Part shown: positions 1-9,164 of the stretch, in pieces
How positions within the stretch are numbered: the stretch's first letter is position 1
Layout: the number at the start of each line of letters is the position of its first letter
IMG/VR virus record: IMGVR_UViG_3300020429_000539
Location: 396,263 to 460,262 of that record
Reading direction: 5' to 3' (one strand)
Origin: a virus
Lineage: Duplodnaviria > Heunggongvirae > Uroviricota > Caudoviricetes
DNA length: 64,000 bases
The notes under the pieces: model-generated
The model's database searches: none
What the model was told of the DNA's origin: nothing
What the model saw: the letters and a program-made list of their open reading frames with translations, nothing else
Made by a program: the position numbers and the translations under genes

Positions 1-15
1 TAGCGGAGGGCTGAT

Positions 16-747
16 ATGTATACTCTACACAAAAAATCATGCATGGGTATGAAGGAAGTTGCGACGGACTCAATCGACGGCATCGTGACATCTCCACCGT
101 ATAAGGATGAGGATGGTTATACCGAAGAACTAATGAAAGACTTGGCTAGAAACTGCTACAGAGTTCTCAAGAATGGTAGCTCTTGTTTTGTTAATTTTGG
201 ACAACTTGCTACGGACAAGGGTCGTCCGTTTCGCGTAGCTAATGAGTTTGCTGAGTATTTTGATTGGATAGATACAATCATCTGGGTCAAAAGTAACGAG
301 TGGATGGGAGGCCATTATACACCTGTCAACAGTAAATATCGTATGAACAATATGTATGAATACATATTTCAGTTTGCAAAGGGCAAAGCCGAAATAGACA
401 GGTTGGCGCTGGGTATTCCTTATCTCGATAAGACAAACATCAAGCGATATGGCGCTACCGATACAAAAAGCGGAACAAAGAAAGACCTGCGTTGCGCAGG
501 AAACGTATGGTATGTATCCTATACTACTGTTCAAAACAAAGACCAGAAACCCCATAAAGATATGTTTCCTGAAGAGATTCCGCGAAGATGTCTAAAGCTT
601 ATGAACTTACCGAGGGGTTCGACCATTTTGGACCCGTTTATGGGAAGTGGAACAACGGGAAAAGCAGCAAGAGACATGGGTTACAAGGTAGTGGGATACG
701 AGATAAACGATAAATACTGGACCAAAGAAGCGGACCTATTTGAATGA
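16..747 (+). CDS. Orphan DNA amino-methyltransferase (N4-C/N6-A, beta class)
   Basis: Motif IV TSPPY near the N-terminus, HKDMFPEE, motif I ILDPFMGSGTT near the C-terminus; ends EADLFE. Confidence 0.92.
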   Translation: MYTLHKKSCMGMKEVATDSIDGIVTSPPYKDEDGYTEELMKDLARNCYRVLKNGSSCFVNFGQLATDKGRPFRVANEFAEYFDWIDTIIWVKSNEWMGGHYTPVNSKYRMNNMYEYIFQFAKGKAEIDRLALGIPYLDKTNIKRYGATDTKSGTKKDLRCAGNVWYVSYTTVQNKDQKPHKDMFPEEIPRRCLKLMNLPRGSTILDPFMGSGTTGKAARDMGYKVVGYEINDKYWTKEADLFE

Positions 748-1529
748 GTATAAGTTGGATATATCCTGATGATTGTATTGGTCTTGAGCTTGATGGCGAA
801 GAGCCGTCTCTCATCTATATGGACCCTCCGTATGGACCCAAAAGCGAAGACACTTATTATGGGGTCGGCGATAACTCACATGACTACTTGTCTTACATGC
901 ACGACCGTCTTGCTCACATGCGAGATATTTCAGGAGATTCCTATAACATCGTAGTTCATGTTGATTGGAAGTATGTTCATAATCTCAAGGTCATGATGGA
1001 TAGCATCTTTGGTCGTGATAACTTTAAGAACGATATCATTTGGTGCTTTAGCAATCCATCGACTAACGAAAAATGGTTGCCGCGTAAGCATCAGAATCTT
1101 CTGTGGTATGGCATCGGCGATAACGTGTTCAATCCTATCCGTATTCCTCACAAGACAAAGATGAACGTCGGAGGGAAGAACGCATGGTCGAAAGAGAAGA
1201 TACCTTGGGAAGAGTATGAGAGGAAGGGCAAGCTGCTTGAAGATTGGTGGACAGATATACCGGCTTTATGTCGCAATGAGCCCGAAAAAACAGGATATGC
1301 AACACAGAAGCCATTGGCGTTGATGCGTCGCATCATTAGTTTATGGAGTAATGAAGGCGACACTATCATTGACCCGTTTATGGGCAGTGGCTCGTTGCTT
1401 GAGGCAGGTATTCGTATGGGGCGCAACGTGATAGGGTGCGATATTAGCCCTGATGCAGTAGAGACAGCTAATAGAAGAATCAAGAAGGCAAGCAGAGCAG
1501 ATATCTTCGCCGGGAGTAGCAATGATTAA
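744..1529 (+). CDS. Orphan DNA methyltransferase (N6-A likely, beta class)
   Basis: YMDPPY, YATQKP, IIDPFMGSGS motifs; ATGA overlap with the previous gene. Confidence 0.92.
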   Translation: MSISWIYPDDCIGLELDGEEPSLIYMDPPYGPKSEDTYYGVGDNSHDYLSYMHDRLAHMRDISGDSYNIVVHVDWKYVHNLKVMMDSIFGRDNFKNDIIWCFSNPSTNEKWLPRKHQNLLWYGIGDNVFNPIRIPHKTKMNVGGKNAWSKEKIPWEEYERKGKLLEDWWTDIPALCRNEPEKTGYATQKPLALMRRIISLWSNEGDTIIDPFMGSGSLLEAGIRMGRNVIGCDISPDAVETANRRIKKASRADIFAGSSND

Positions 1530-2322
1530 CAAGATTATGCACGATGACGTTATCGATGGACTCAAGAAGATAGAAGACGACAGCGTAAGTCTTGTATTTA
1601 CTTCTCCGCCCTACAACGTGGACATCAAGTATGGCAATCATGATGATACGATGCCCTATACCGATTATCTTGATTGGCTCAAAGATATATGGTCTGAGTG
1701 TTATCGCGCTCTTCGTCCAGGCGGTCGTCTAGTCATTAATATCGATTCAATGGTCAATCATGAAGAAGACCGTTTTGCAAAGAAGGCTGATGACACGGGT
1801 AAAGAATACTTCCGCCCTATTTACGCCGACCTATGCAGAATCAATGCGGATGTTGGATACAACTTTCGTTGCGATATTGCATGGTATAAGCATCAAGTAG
1901 TTGGCCGCGCAACTGCGTGGGGAAGCTGGATGTCCTGTCAGAATCCGATCGTTCGTCGTAACCATGAATATCTGCTTGTTTGGAACAAAGGCCCCTGGTC
2001 TTTGCCTCCGATTGACCACAAGAGCGACTTGACCAAAGAAGAGTTTGAGCAGTGGACTATGAGCCATTGGTTTATACAGCCCGAAACTCGCAAGCTTGGC
2101 GGTCATCCAGTTCCTTTTCCCGAGGAACTGGCGAGACGAGTTATCAAGCTTTACTCGTATCCTAATGACATAGTTCTTGATCCATTCTCAGGCACAGGAA
2201 CAACTTGTAAAATGGCAAAGGTTCTCAATCGCAGGTATATCGGTATTGACAATCACCGTGCTTCTGTTGAGTATTCGCGTAGGCGAATCAATGCTTCCGT
2301 GGGGTGTTTTGATGGAGTTTGA
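1522..2322 (+). CDS. Orphan DNA amino-methyltransferase (beta class)
   Basis: FTSPPYN, HPVPFPEEL, VLDPFSGTGTT motifs. Confidence 0.92.
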   Translation: MINKIMHDDVIDGLKKIEDDSVSLVFTSPPYNVDIKYGNHDDTMPYTDYLDWLKDIWSECYRALRPGGRLVINIDSMVNHEEDRFAKKADDTGKEYFRPIYADLCRINADVGYNFRCDIAWYKHQVVGRATAWGSWMSCQNPIVRRNHEYLLVWNKGPWSLPPIDHKSDLTKEEFEQWTMSHWFIQPETRKLGGHPVPFPEELARRVIKLYSYPNDIVLDPFSGTGTTCKMAKVLNRRYIGIDNHRASVEYSRRRINASVGCFDGV

Positions 2323-2764
2323 GATTCAGTTTACAGATGTGACCTTGCTTGAGGCGAATGGTGAATACGATGATGTTGTTCGCATCATGTCTAAACCAGA
2401 GGTTATTAACTTTGTAGAAACGCCACTTGTCAAGGACTGGGTTATTTCTTCTACAGTTACAATTCAGCATATGTCTGGTTTTGCTGTTATCAAAGCTGAC
2501 TTCTATCACGACGGCAAGATTGTTGTTACGGATTATACGCCGAGCATTCGTGATACATTCAATCCTGATATCCGCTGTTTGAAGTTTTGGGCAGTCCAAT
2601 CTGGATGGACCAGTATTGAGCCTACTCAGGCTACAATCGATAGTATGAAGGACTTTTGGAAGAATCAGTGGGATACATATGTAGTTGATTCTACAATTTT
2701 CGACGAACAGTATGGCCCTAGAAAGGACATGATTTTCTCAGATGATGATGAAATAGACTCATGA
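2312..2764 (+). CDS. Hypothetical protein
   Basis: Fills the operon between neighbours; likely start at ATG 2312 (MEFEIQF). Confidence 0.65.
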   Translation: MEFEIQFTDVTLLEANGEYDDVVRIMSKPEVINFVETPLVKDWVISSTVTIQHMSGFAVIKADFYHDGKIVVTDYTPSIRDTFNPDIRCLKFWAVQSGWTSIEPTQATIDSMKDFWKNQWDTYVVDSTIFDEQYGPRKDMIFSDDDEIDS

Positions 2765-2991
2765 AACAGACTTCAAAATGTCGAAATTGTAGCGCCGAGG
2801 TTTCCCATTTTGGAGACCTGCTTGGCATTTTCTGTGCTGTATGCGGTCATTACGAGCTATCTTGGAAACACAGAAAACTGATTGACGACTTAGAGAAGAG
2901 GCATGAAGATGCTCAAAATCAACTTAGAGCATACTTGAAGAAAAAGATGGAGGACAGCAATGCCAATACGACACAATACAAAGAGCCATGA
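2761..2991 (+). CDS. Small zinc-ribbon protein
   Basis: CRNC...CAVC followed by a coiled-coil-like tail; ATGA overlap. Confidence 0.6.
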   Translation: MKQTSKCRNCSAEVSHFGDLLGIFCAVCGHYELSWKHRKLIDDLEKRHEDAQNQLRAYLKKKMEDSNANTTQYKEP

Positions 2992-3562
2992 TTTCGCATG
3001 GGATTTCGAAGACCCAAGCGGCAATGCAGGTGGCGTTATATACATGAGATATCACGAAACAGACGATGGCATACCTAGCTTGTCTATTTTGGAGTCGCAA
3101 GACGGCTCTGAAGTTCTTACGCTTCCTGTCGAGCTATTTCGAGATGCGGTCGCAGAAGTAGACCGCTATGAGTCTATTATTGGAATGCTTTCAGGTAAGA
3201 CGAGTCCTGCTAAGTCTACACAAGTTGCCACATCGCCTATGCCGAATAGCGGGCTAAAGCTACCAACCATCGGTGGTAAGATGGTAAAAACTGGTCAACA
3301 ACCTGCTGAGAGCAAAGCGGAACAAGAGACCCCACAGCCTGACCCTCGTGACCCATCGATGATTCTCGATTCGCAAGAACCGATGGTATCTTTCTTACCC
3401 GGCGAGGCATCCCGTAATCGTCCTAATGTCGATCCAGAAACCAAGAACGAAATTCTTTCTACGAGAGGTTCTACGCCAGAAGAAAGGGCGGCGCTCCGCG
3501 AGCAGCAAAGGGCCTCTGCCGGAAAGAAGTCGCTCAAACGAGTTAGTGAGGATTCTGAATGA
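2960..3562 (+). CDS. Hypothetical protein with low-complexity C-terminal half
   Basis: 200 aa ORF, GGAGG upstream, Pro/Ser/Gln/Glu-rich. Confidence 0.65.
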   Translation: MPIRHNTKSHDFAWDFEDPSGNAGGVIYMRYHETDDGIPSLSILESQDGSEVLTLPVELFRDAVAEVDRYESIIGMLSGKTSPAKSTQVATSPMPNSGLKLPTIGGKMVKTGQQPAESKAEQETPQPDPRDPSMILDSQEPMVSFLPGEASRNRPNVDPETKNEILSTRGSTPEERAALREQQRASAGKKSLKRVSEDSE

Positions 3563-3807
3563 GTCGTTATAAAACGAAACTCATACCCCTAGATAAGCTG
3601 CCTGTCTCCATTAATGGAGTAGCGGAACCGTTGTGCGAATCTTGTGCTAATAGGGACTGTTCTAACCCAATCCGGCCTTGTAAAGTTAGTGTGTTTGGCG
3701 TGACAAAGCTTCGCAAGTGTTACGTATCAGGCCACACTCCCAGTTTTGTTGTTCAATGCGAAGGTTTTGTACCTGAAATGTCTAACGATGAGGAAGACGA
3801 GGACTAA
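3559..3807 (+). CDS. Small Cys-rich hypothetical protein
   Basis: CESCANRDC plus three further Cys; acidic tail; ATGA overlap. Confidence 0.6.
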   Translation: MSRYKTKLIPLDKLPVSINGVAEPLCESCANRDCSNPIRPCKVSVFGVTKLRKCYVSGHTPSFVVQCEGFVPEMSNDEEDED

Positions 3808-4083
3808 GTGCCGACCTATGTCTACAACTATATTGGTCCTGACGGGAAGCCAACAGGCGAGCAGTTTGAAGTCTTTCAAAAGATGACTGATGATGCCTAT
3901 ACGGAACACCCTGAAACAGGGCAGCCGTGCGAAAGAGCAATCATCTGCCCTAATGTTAGGCATAGCGGTCCTGCATGGGATTGGTGCGAGGCGACTAGGC
4001 GATATATTAACAAGTCTAAGCCTAAATATATTCGAGACGATAAGGCGGGCATTCGCAAGCGTTTCCCTAAAGGTGGAGTATGA
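3808..4083 (+). CDS. FmdB-family regulatory protein (Cys-poor variant)
   Basis: MPTYVY...FEVFQKMTDD...HPETG matches the FmdB pattern MPxYxY..C..C...FE..Q......CP.CG without the CxxC pairs. Confidence 0.75.
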   Translation: MPTYVYNYIGPDGKPTGEQFEVFQKMTDDAYTEHPETGQPCERAIICPNVRHSGPAWDWCEATRRYINKSKPKYIRDDKAGIRKRFPKGGV

Positions 4084-4673
4084 AAAAAGAGCAGACTCAA
4101 GCACTGAGAAAGGCCATACTTGAAGCTTTTATAGCCGATGATTCAAGCGATATATCTTGGCTTATGGTGCTGTCTCTGAGTGGCAACGTTGTCACAGACA
4201 ATAGCATTATCAACTGTCTTGATATTTCGGTTGATGACCTTACTTCGCTGATGTGCGATTTGTTTGAACGTGACTATTCTATGTGGCAACAAGAGATATC
4301 TGAAACAAGGTACTTTGAGCCGCATCGAGCCCCAAAATCGCAGGGCCGATTTCGTGGTGCAGATGGCGGCATGCACGGTCGCGAAGAAGTCCGCAAGTCC
4401 TACTCATTCGATTTGGATCGGTCTGAAATTAGTCGTCGCAAGATTGACCACAGTATTCAGCCTCGTCACCGTGGCGGTACGGAGGAAGAGCTTCAAAAAG
4501 AAAGAGTACGAACCGAGGAGCCGATAGCTATACGTTTAGGCGAGGGTGAAAAAGGTAAGACTGTGTATATAGAAGACGATAATGACGTATCTCGCGACAA
4601 TCCCATTGAGGTAGACCTTGAAGAAGACACAGGAAAACGACAAGCGCCCTTCATACCGGACGGCTCCGTTTGA
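4080..4673 (+). CDS. Hypothetical protein
   Basis: 197 aa ORF, ATGA overlap, GGAG SD. Confidence 0.6.
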   Translation: MKKEQTQALRKAILEAFIADDSSDISWLMVLSLSGNVVTDNSIINCLDISVDDLTSLMCDLFERDYSMWQQEISETRYFEPHRAPKSQGRFRGADGGMHGREEVRKSYSFDLDRSEISRRKIDHSIQPRHRGGTEEELQKERVRTEEPIAIRLGEGEKGKTVYIEDDNDVSRDNPIEVDLEEDTGKRQAPFIPDGSV

Positions 4674-5058
4674 GTCTTCTGAGGCCTCTCAACAGGCAAG
4701 AGATTATTTGCTTGATAACTTCAAGTTTGGTTGGCTATTTTCTGCCGACCAGCTAAAAAGTATATCTCCTAACTCCGTAGCTTGGTTGACCGTTATCGGA
4801 ACTCCTGAGATAGATGAACTTTTGAAGGATGAAGATGGCGCATGGATGCATAATCTCGTTGAATATATCAAAACAGAAGAACCTGTTCCAAAAGATGAAA
4901 TAAACGATTACGTAAATAATATCTCAGGTATTATCGCTGAGCGATTTGATCCTGAAAAGTTATTACATGACAGTTTTAAGGTGCTTCGCAACAAGAATAA
5001 ACAAAGGCAGAGAACAACAAGTAATAGCCATAAAAGTAAGATAACTCCATGCAACTGA
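4618..5058 (+). CDS. Hypothetical protein (start uncertain)
   Basis: 146 aa ORF filling the operon. Confidence 0.55.
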   Translation: MKKTQENDKRPSYRTAPFESSEASQQARDYLLDNFKFGWLFSADQLKSISPNSVAWLTVIGTPEIDELLKDEDGAWMHNLVEYIKTEEPVPKDEINDYVNNISGIIAERFDPEKLLHDSFKVLRNKNKQRQRTTSNSHKSKITPCN

Positions 5059-5429
5059 TTTGTAAACAGGTTGTCGTTCATACCTTGGACAGCGAAGACA
5101 TTCGCGATAAAGACCGTGTTCGCGCGGTCTTGTTATGCTTTAAAAAGCAAAGAATGGAGATAACGGCAACGCTCAGGCGATTTGGTTCTAGTCAGAGATA
5201 CAAAATGATCCGCATACTCAAAGTAGATGAGCATACCTGCGACCTTGTATCAGCAGATTCGGACCATACCATGACGATGCGTGCTGTACCGTTTGGTGAT
5301 ATACTCGAAATGTCTGTAACTATTCGTGACCCGATTGCGCCTGATGAACTTGAGAGCCTATCCATGGATGATATCTTTGACTTCGAAAGTGAAATGCCAA
5401 CTCCTGATGCTTCGCCTGACGATAAATAG
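5049..5429 (+). CDS. Hypothetical protein
   Basis: 126 aa ORF directly upstream of dnaE-N; beta-rich core, acidic tail. Confidence 0.6.
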   Translation: MQLICKQVVVHTLDSEDIRDKDRVRAVLLCFKKQRMEITATLRRFGSSQRYKMIRILKVDEHTCDLVSADSDHTMTMRAVPFGDILEMSVTIRDPIAPDELESLSMDDIFDFESEMPTPDASPDDK

Positions 5430-5431
5430 GC

Positions 5432-6826
5432 ATGAAAGCACGAAAGATTACCAACGCTGACTTTGTTCACTTGCATAACCATACCGAGTATTCATCTTTT
5501 GATGGACTAAATAAAGTCAGCGAGTTCCCCAAGGCCGCAGCCGAGAAGGGCTTTAAAGCTCTGGCGATGACCGACCACGGCAATATCGGTGGCGCTTTCA
5601 AATTCATGCGACAGTGTGCTGAAGCAGGCATCAAGCCTATCGTAGGCTGTGAGTTTTATTTGTCCAAAGATAGGCATGTCCATTTTACAAACAAGAAAGA
5701 TAGTCGAGGCAGGATTCTTGAAGAGGGTCAAACTGACGGTCGCAAGGGCAATCGTCATCTCGTCCTGATTGCGAAGAACTGGAAAGGCTATCAGAATCTC
5801 TGTCGCTTGTCTCAGGCGTCTTGGGTCGAAGGATACTATCGCGACCCCCGTATCGACCTCGATTTGCTTTACGAGCATTCTGAGGGACTCATATGCTCTT
5901 CTGCGTGTTTGAGCAGCGTCATCAACGCCAACCTGCTTCATGGGCGATACGACCAGGCGAAGAAGGCAGGCACCATACTCAAGGATATTTTCAAGGACGA
6001 CTTCTATCTCGAAGTCATGTATCATGGTATCGATGCCGAGGGCGCGATCATCTCTGATGTTATTAAGCTTGGTGAGGAACTCGGTTGCAAATGTATCTGC
6101 ACGAACGATTGTCATTATTGTGAGAAGTGCCAGGGCAAGTCTCAGGAACTTTTGATGGCTATGTCTACGTCGCGATGTCTGACGGACCCAAAGCATATTC
6201 ACTTTCCGCATGATGAGTTCTATCTGAAGTCTGCTCAAGAAATGGCAAAAACATTCGGCACGAAGCCTGAGTTGTTGCTGAACACGAATCTTGTAGCAGA
6301 TAAAGTAGATACCGATGATATTATGGATAACCTGGTTGGTAAGATGAGGTTGCCTCGATTCAAGATTCCTGAAGGCTTTCAGACTCCGTATGATTACCTT
6401 GAAAAACTCGCGCTCGACGGAATGAAATCACTCGGATGGGACAAGAGTCAAGAACACGTTGAGCGCCTCAAGATGGAACTGAACGATGTTCGTATTGTGT
6501 GGGAGAACAACCGTTACGACTTCGCGACATACTTCCTTATTGTGCGAGACTACATTCGCGCCTCGCAAGAGAGAGGGATATTGACCGGCTGTGGGCGAGG
6601 CTCGGGCTTCGGCAGTGTGTTATTGAGATGCCTCGGCATTACCCATGGCCCAGACCCTCTTGCTTACGGTTTGCTTTGGGAACGATTCTTGGGCTTCGAT
6701 GATAAGTATTTCGTAACGGAAAGAGATTTTGGCATCGAAGAAGAAGACAAGGTTGTTGAAGTCGAAGTTGATGAAGAGGTCGCACGAGAAGTAGAAGATG
6801 ACCTTGGCGGTGTAGATAGATACTAA
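5432..6826 (+). CDS. dnaE: DNA polymerase III alpha, N-terminal part (PHP domain and start of palm)
   Basis: FVHLHNHTEYS.FDG, ALAMTDHGN, GCEFY, HLVLIAKN..GYQNL, TNDCHY, GRGS, LLWERFL, then an acidic tail and stop. Confidence 0.95.
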   Translation: MKARKITNADFVHLHNHTEYSSFDGLNKVSEFPKAAAEKGFKALAMTDHGNIGGAFKFMRQCAEAGIKPIVGCEFYLSKDRHVHFTNKKDSRGRILEEGQTDGRKGNRHLVLIAKNWKGYQNLCRLSQASWVEGYYRDPRIDLDLLYEHSEGLICSSACLSSVINANLLHGRYDQAKKAGTILKDIFKDDFYLEVMYHGIDAEGAIISDVIKLGEELGCKCICTNDCHYCEKCQGKSQELLMAMSTSRCLTDPKHIHFPHDEFYLKSAQEMAKTFGTKPELLLNTNLVADKVDTDDIMDNLVGKMRLPRFKIPEGFQTPYDYLEKLALDGMKSLGWDKSQEHVERLKMELNDVRIVWENNRYDFATYFLIVRDYIRASQERGILTGCGRGSGFGSVLLRCLGITHGPDPLAYGLLWERFLGFDDKYFVTERDFGIEEEDKVVEVEVDEEVAREVEDDLGGVDRY

Positions 6827-6840
6827 GCTAGCAGGTAGAT

Positions 6841-8820
6841 ATGGAAATAGAGGAAATCAAACAGTCTATATTATCCCTCGTTGGAGATGACGAGAACCTT
6901 GATAAGATCAAGGAAGAGATTGATACAATGGCTTCCGTAGAGGGTCTTGATGGGAAGCCAATACTGTTCAAGTTCTATGATGTATACAAAAAGCACGGCC
7001 ATAAGACGGGCGAAGAGAACAAGATAAACTCATGGACTGCTGTTGCTTTGGGGATGACCTCTAAGGAACCTGACGGCGAGTTTCTTCCTAAGCGCCGTGC
7101 TTTTGCTCGTGCAGGTTTTCCCGATATCGATTCGGACTTCGACTACGCTCGCAGGCAGGAAGTATACGACTACATCATCGATAAATACGGAAGAGAAAAC
7201 GTCGGTAACATCGGAACATATGGCGCGTTGAAGATGAAAAGCTTCGTCCGTCGTGCGTTTCGGGCGATTGACCCTGACAACGTGTGGCAGCCCACGCCGA
7301 AGGGTAAAGAACAGTGGATAACTCATTCTCGACTCAAGGGCGATGAGATTGTCAAGTCTCTGCCTACGCAGTTTGGTGCTGTTCTAAAGGTCAAACATGA
7401 TGGAGAAGAGCATGCAATCAAAACAACGGAAGACGCATACAGATATTGCAGGAACTTTGCTAGTTATATCGACAAATATCCTGACCTCCTCACTCACTCT
7501 AGGAATATTGAGGGACTTCTCTCTACATTTGGAGTACACGCTGCCGGTATCGTTATATCTGATTGTCCTCTAGATGAGATTGCTCCGCTTCGACAAACAA
7601 GTATCATTAAAGATACGCTCGACGGCGGCGAAAAAGTCTTTGAGTATGCAACTCAGTTTGAAAACGCAGACCTTGAGGAAATGGGTCTAATCAAGTTCGA
7701 TATTCTCGCTCTTAGCACCTTGACTGTTATGTCAAAGTGTATCCAACTTATTGAAGAGAACTGCGGCTTCAAGCTCGATATTACAGAGATACCGCTTGAT
7801 GACGAGAAGACGTTCGACTTATACAGGCAGGGTAAACTTGTTGGTGTGTTCCAGTGCGAAGAACCTGGTATGCAGCGGACTATGCAGCAGATGGGCGTTG
7901 ACCGCTTTGACGATATCATGGCAGGCGTAGCTCTTTATCGCCCTGGTCCAATGGAGAGTATACCGAGCTATTGCGCTCGCAAGCATGGTTCTGAGAGGGT
8001 TGAATACTTCCATGAATCTATCGAACCATTCGTAAAGCCCTATCTAGAGAGAACCTATGGACTGCTCGTTTATCAGGAGCAGATTATGCAGATTTGTAAC
8101 TCGCTTGCAGGTTTCTCTATCTCTGATGGTTACGTCATTATCAAGGCTATTGGTAAGAAGAAAGAGAAGCTGCTTGTTAAATATCGCGCTCAGTTTATTG
8201 ACGGCTGCGTGAGCAATGGCATTAGCAAGGGTCTTGCCACTGATTACTGGGACAAGTTTATTACGCCATTCGCCTTGTATGGCTTCAATGCTTCTCACTC
8301 GTGTTGTTATGGGTTCTTGTCATATCAGACGGCTTACCTCAAGGCAAACTTTCCAGAAGAGTTTATGACGGCATATTTGAACGTCGAACTTGACCGTGCA
8401 AAGCATGAGAAGGTTCAGCATCTCGAACAAGAGTGCAAGGCTATGGGAATCGAGATACTTCGCCGAAGTATAAATAGCGCTAACTGGGACTACGAGATTG
8501 TTCAGAAGAAAGGCAACGGCGTCCAAGTTTCGCAGATTCAGCCCGCGATTAGGTGCAAGGCTTTGCCTTCTCATGCGGCTAAGAATATCTTGGAAAATAG
8601 ACCTTACAAAGACATGCGGGACTTCGCGTTTAGAACAGATTCAAAACAGGTTGATACAAAAGCGGTTGAAGCTCTTGCTCTGGCAAACTTCTTTGCCCCG
8701 CACGGAAAGACAGTTGATAACACGCCTCCATCAGAGCGCGTGAAGAAGTTCTCGATTCTTCGAGAAGACAGGAAGAAGGCCTCTCGAAAAGGGGTCGTAT
8801 CGCAAGACCTATTTAGCTAG
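6841..8820 (+). CDS. dnaE: DNA polymerase III alpha, C-terminal part (catalytic palm, thumb, fingers)
   Basis: FPDIDSDF, HAAGIVIS, GLIKFDILAL, LYRPGPM, YQEQIMQI, YGFNASHS, YLKANFP; ends QDLFS. Confidence 0.95.
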   Translation: MEIEEIKQSILSLVGDDENLDKIKEEIDTMASVEGLDGKPILFKFYDVYKKHGHKTGEENKINSWTAVALGMTSKEPDGEFLPKRRAFARAGFPDIDSDFDYARRQEVYDYIIDKYGRENVGNIGTYGALKMKSFVRRAFRAIDPDNVWQPTPKGKEQWITHSRLKGDEIVKSLPTQFGAVLKVKHDGEEHAIKTTEDAYRYCRNFASYIDKYPDLLTHSRNIEGLLSTFGVHAAGIVISDCPLDEIAPLRQTSIIKDTLDGGEKVFEYATQFENADLEEMGLIKFDILALSTLTVMSKCIQLIEENCGFKLDITEIPLDDEKTFDLYRQGKLVGVFQCEEPGMQRTMQQMGVDRFDDIMAGVALYRPGPMESIPSYCARKHGSERVEYFHESIEPFVKPYLERTYGLLVYQEQIMQICNSLAGFSISDGYVIIKAIGKKKEKLLVKYRAQFIDGCVSNGISKGLATDYWDKFITPFALYGFNASHSCCYGFLSYQTAYLKANFPEEFMTAYLNVELDRAKHEKVQHLEQECKAMGIEILRRSINSANWDYEIVQKKGNGVQVSQIQPAIRCKALPSHAAKNILENRPYKDMRDFAFRTDSKQVDTKAVEALALANFFAPHGKTVDNTPPSERVKKFSILREDRKKASRKGVVSQDLFS

Positions 8821-8831
8821 GAGAAAACACG

Positions 8832-9149
8832 ATGAGCGATAAAGAAGCAGCACCGAGGCAGTCACGTATCCGCAAGGCGATTACTCGTAAGTATAATCTG
8901 GGTAACTATGAGAACATAGATGTCGTTGTTGATCAAGAACATACTATTGAATGGTCAAGTCTTGACGAGTTTATGAAGAAGTCCGCAAATATTACAAAAC
9001 TGGTAAACCGTGACTTTATGGATACTATTTCTCTCGTAGCTGAAGAACTGAGTCTTGAAGAAAAGAAGGCGTTTGTCAATGAATATGGTCCTGCCAAGTC
9101 AAATAGTGAACTGGCTGGGAAGGAAACTGACTACGATTCGCTGGATTAA
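8832..9149 (+). CDS. Phage hypothetical protein (NLGNYE motif)
   Basis: AGGAG SD; RKYNLGNYENI resembles a motif in small phage replication-module proteins. Confidence 0.7.
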   Translation: MSDKEAAPRQSRIRKAITRKYNLGNYENIDVVVDQEHTIEWSSLDEFMKKSANITKLVNRDFMDTISLVAEELSLEEKKAFVNEYGPAKSNSELAGKETDYDSLD

Positions 9150-9164
9150 TAAGGTAGATGTAGC

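Noticed and set aside
6692-7100. Split intein in dnaE
   Set aside because: No N-terminal Cys/Ser block A, no TxxH block B and no terminal His-Asn followed by a nucleophile.
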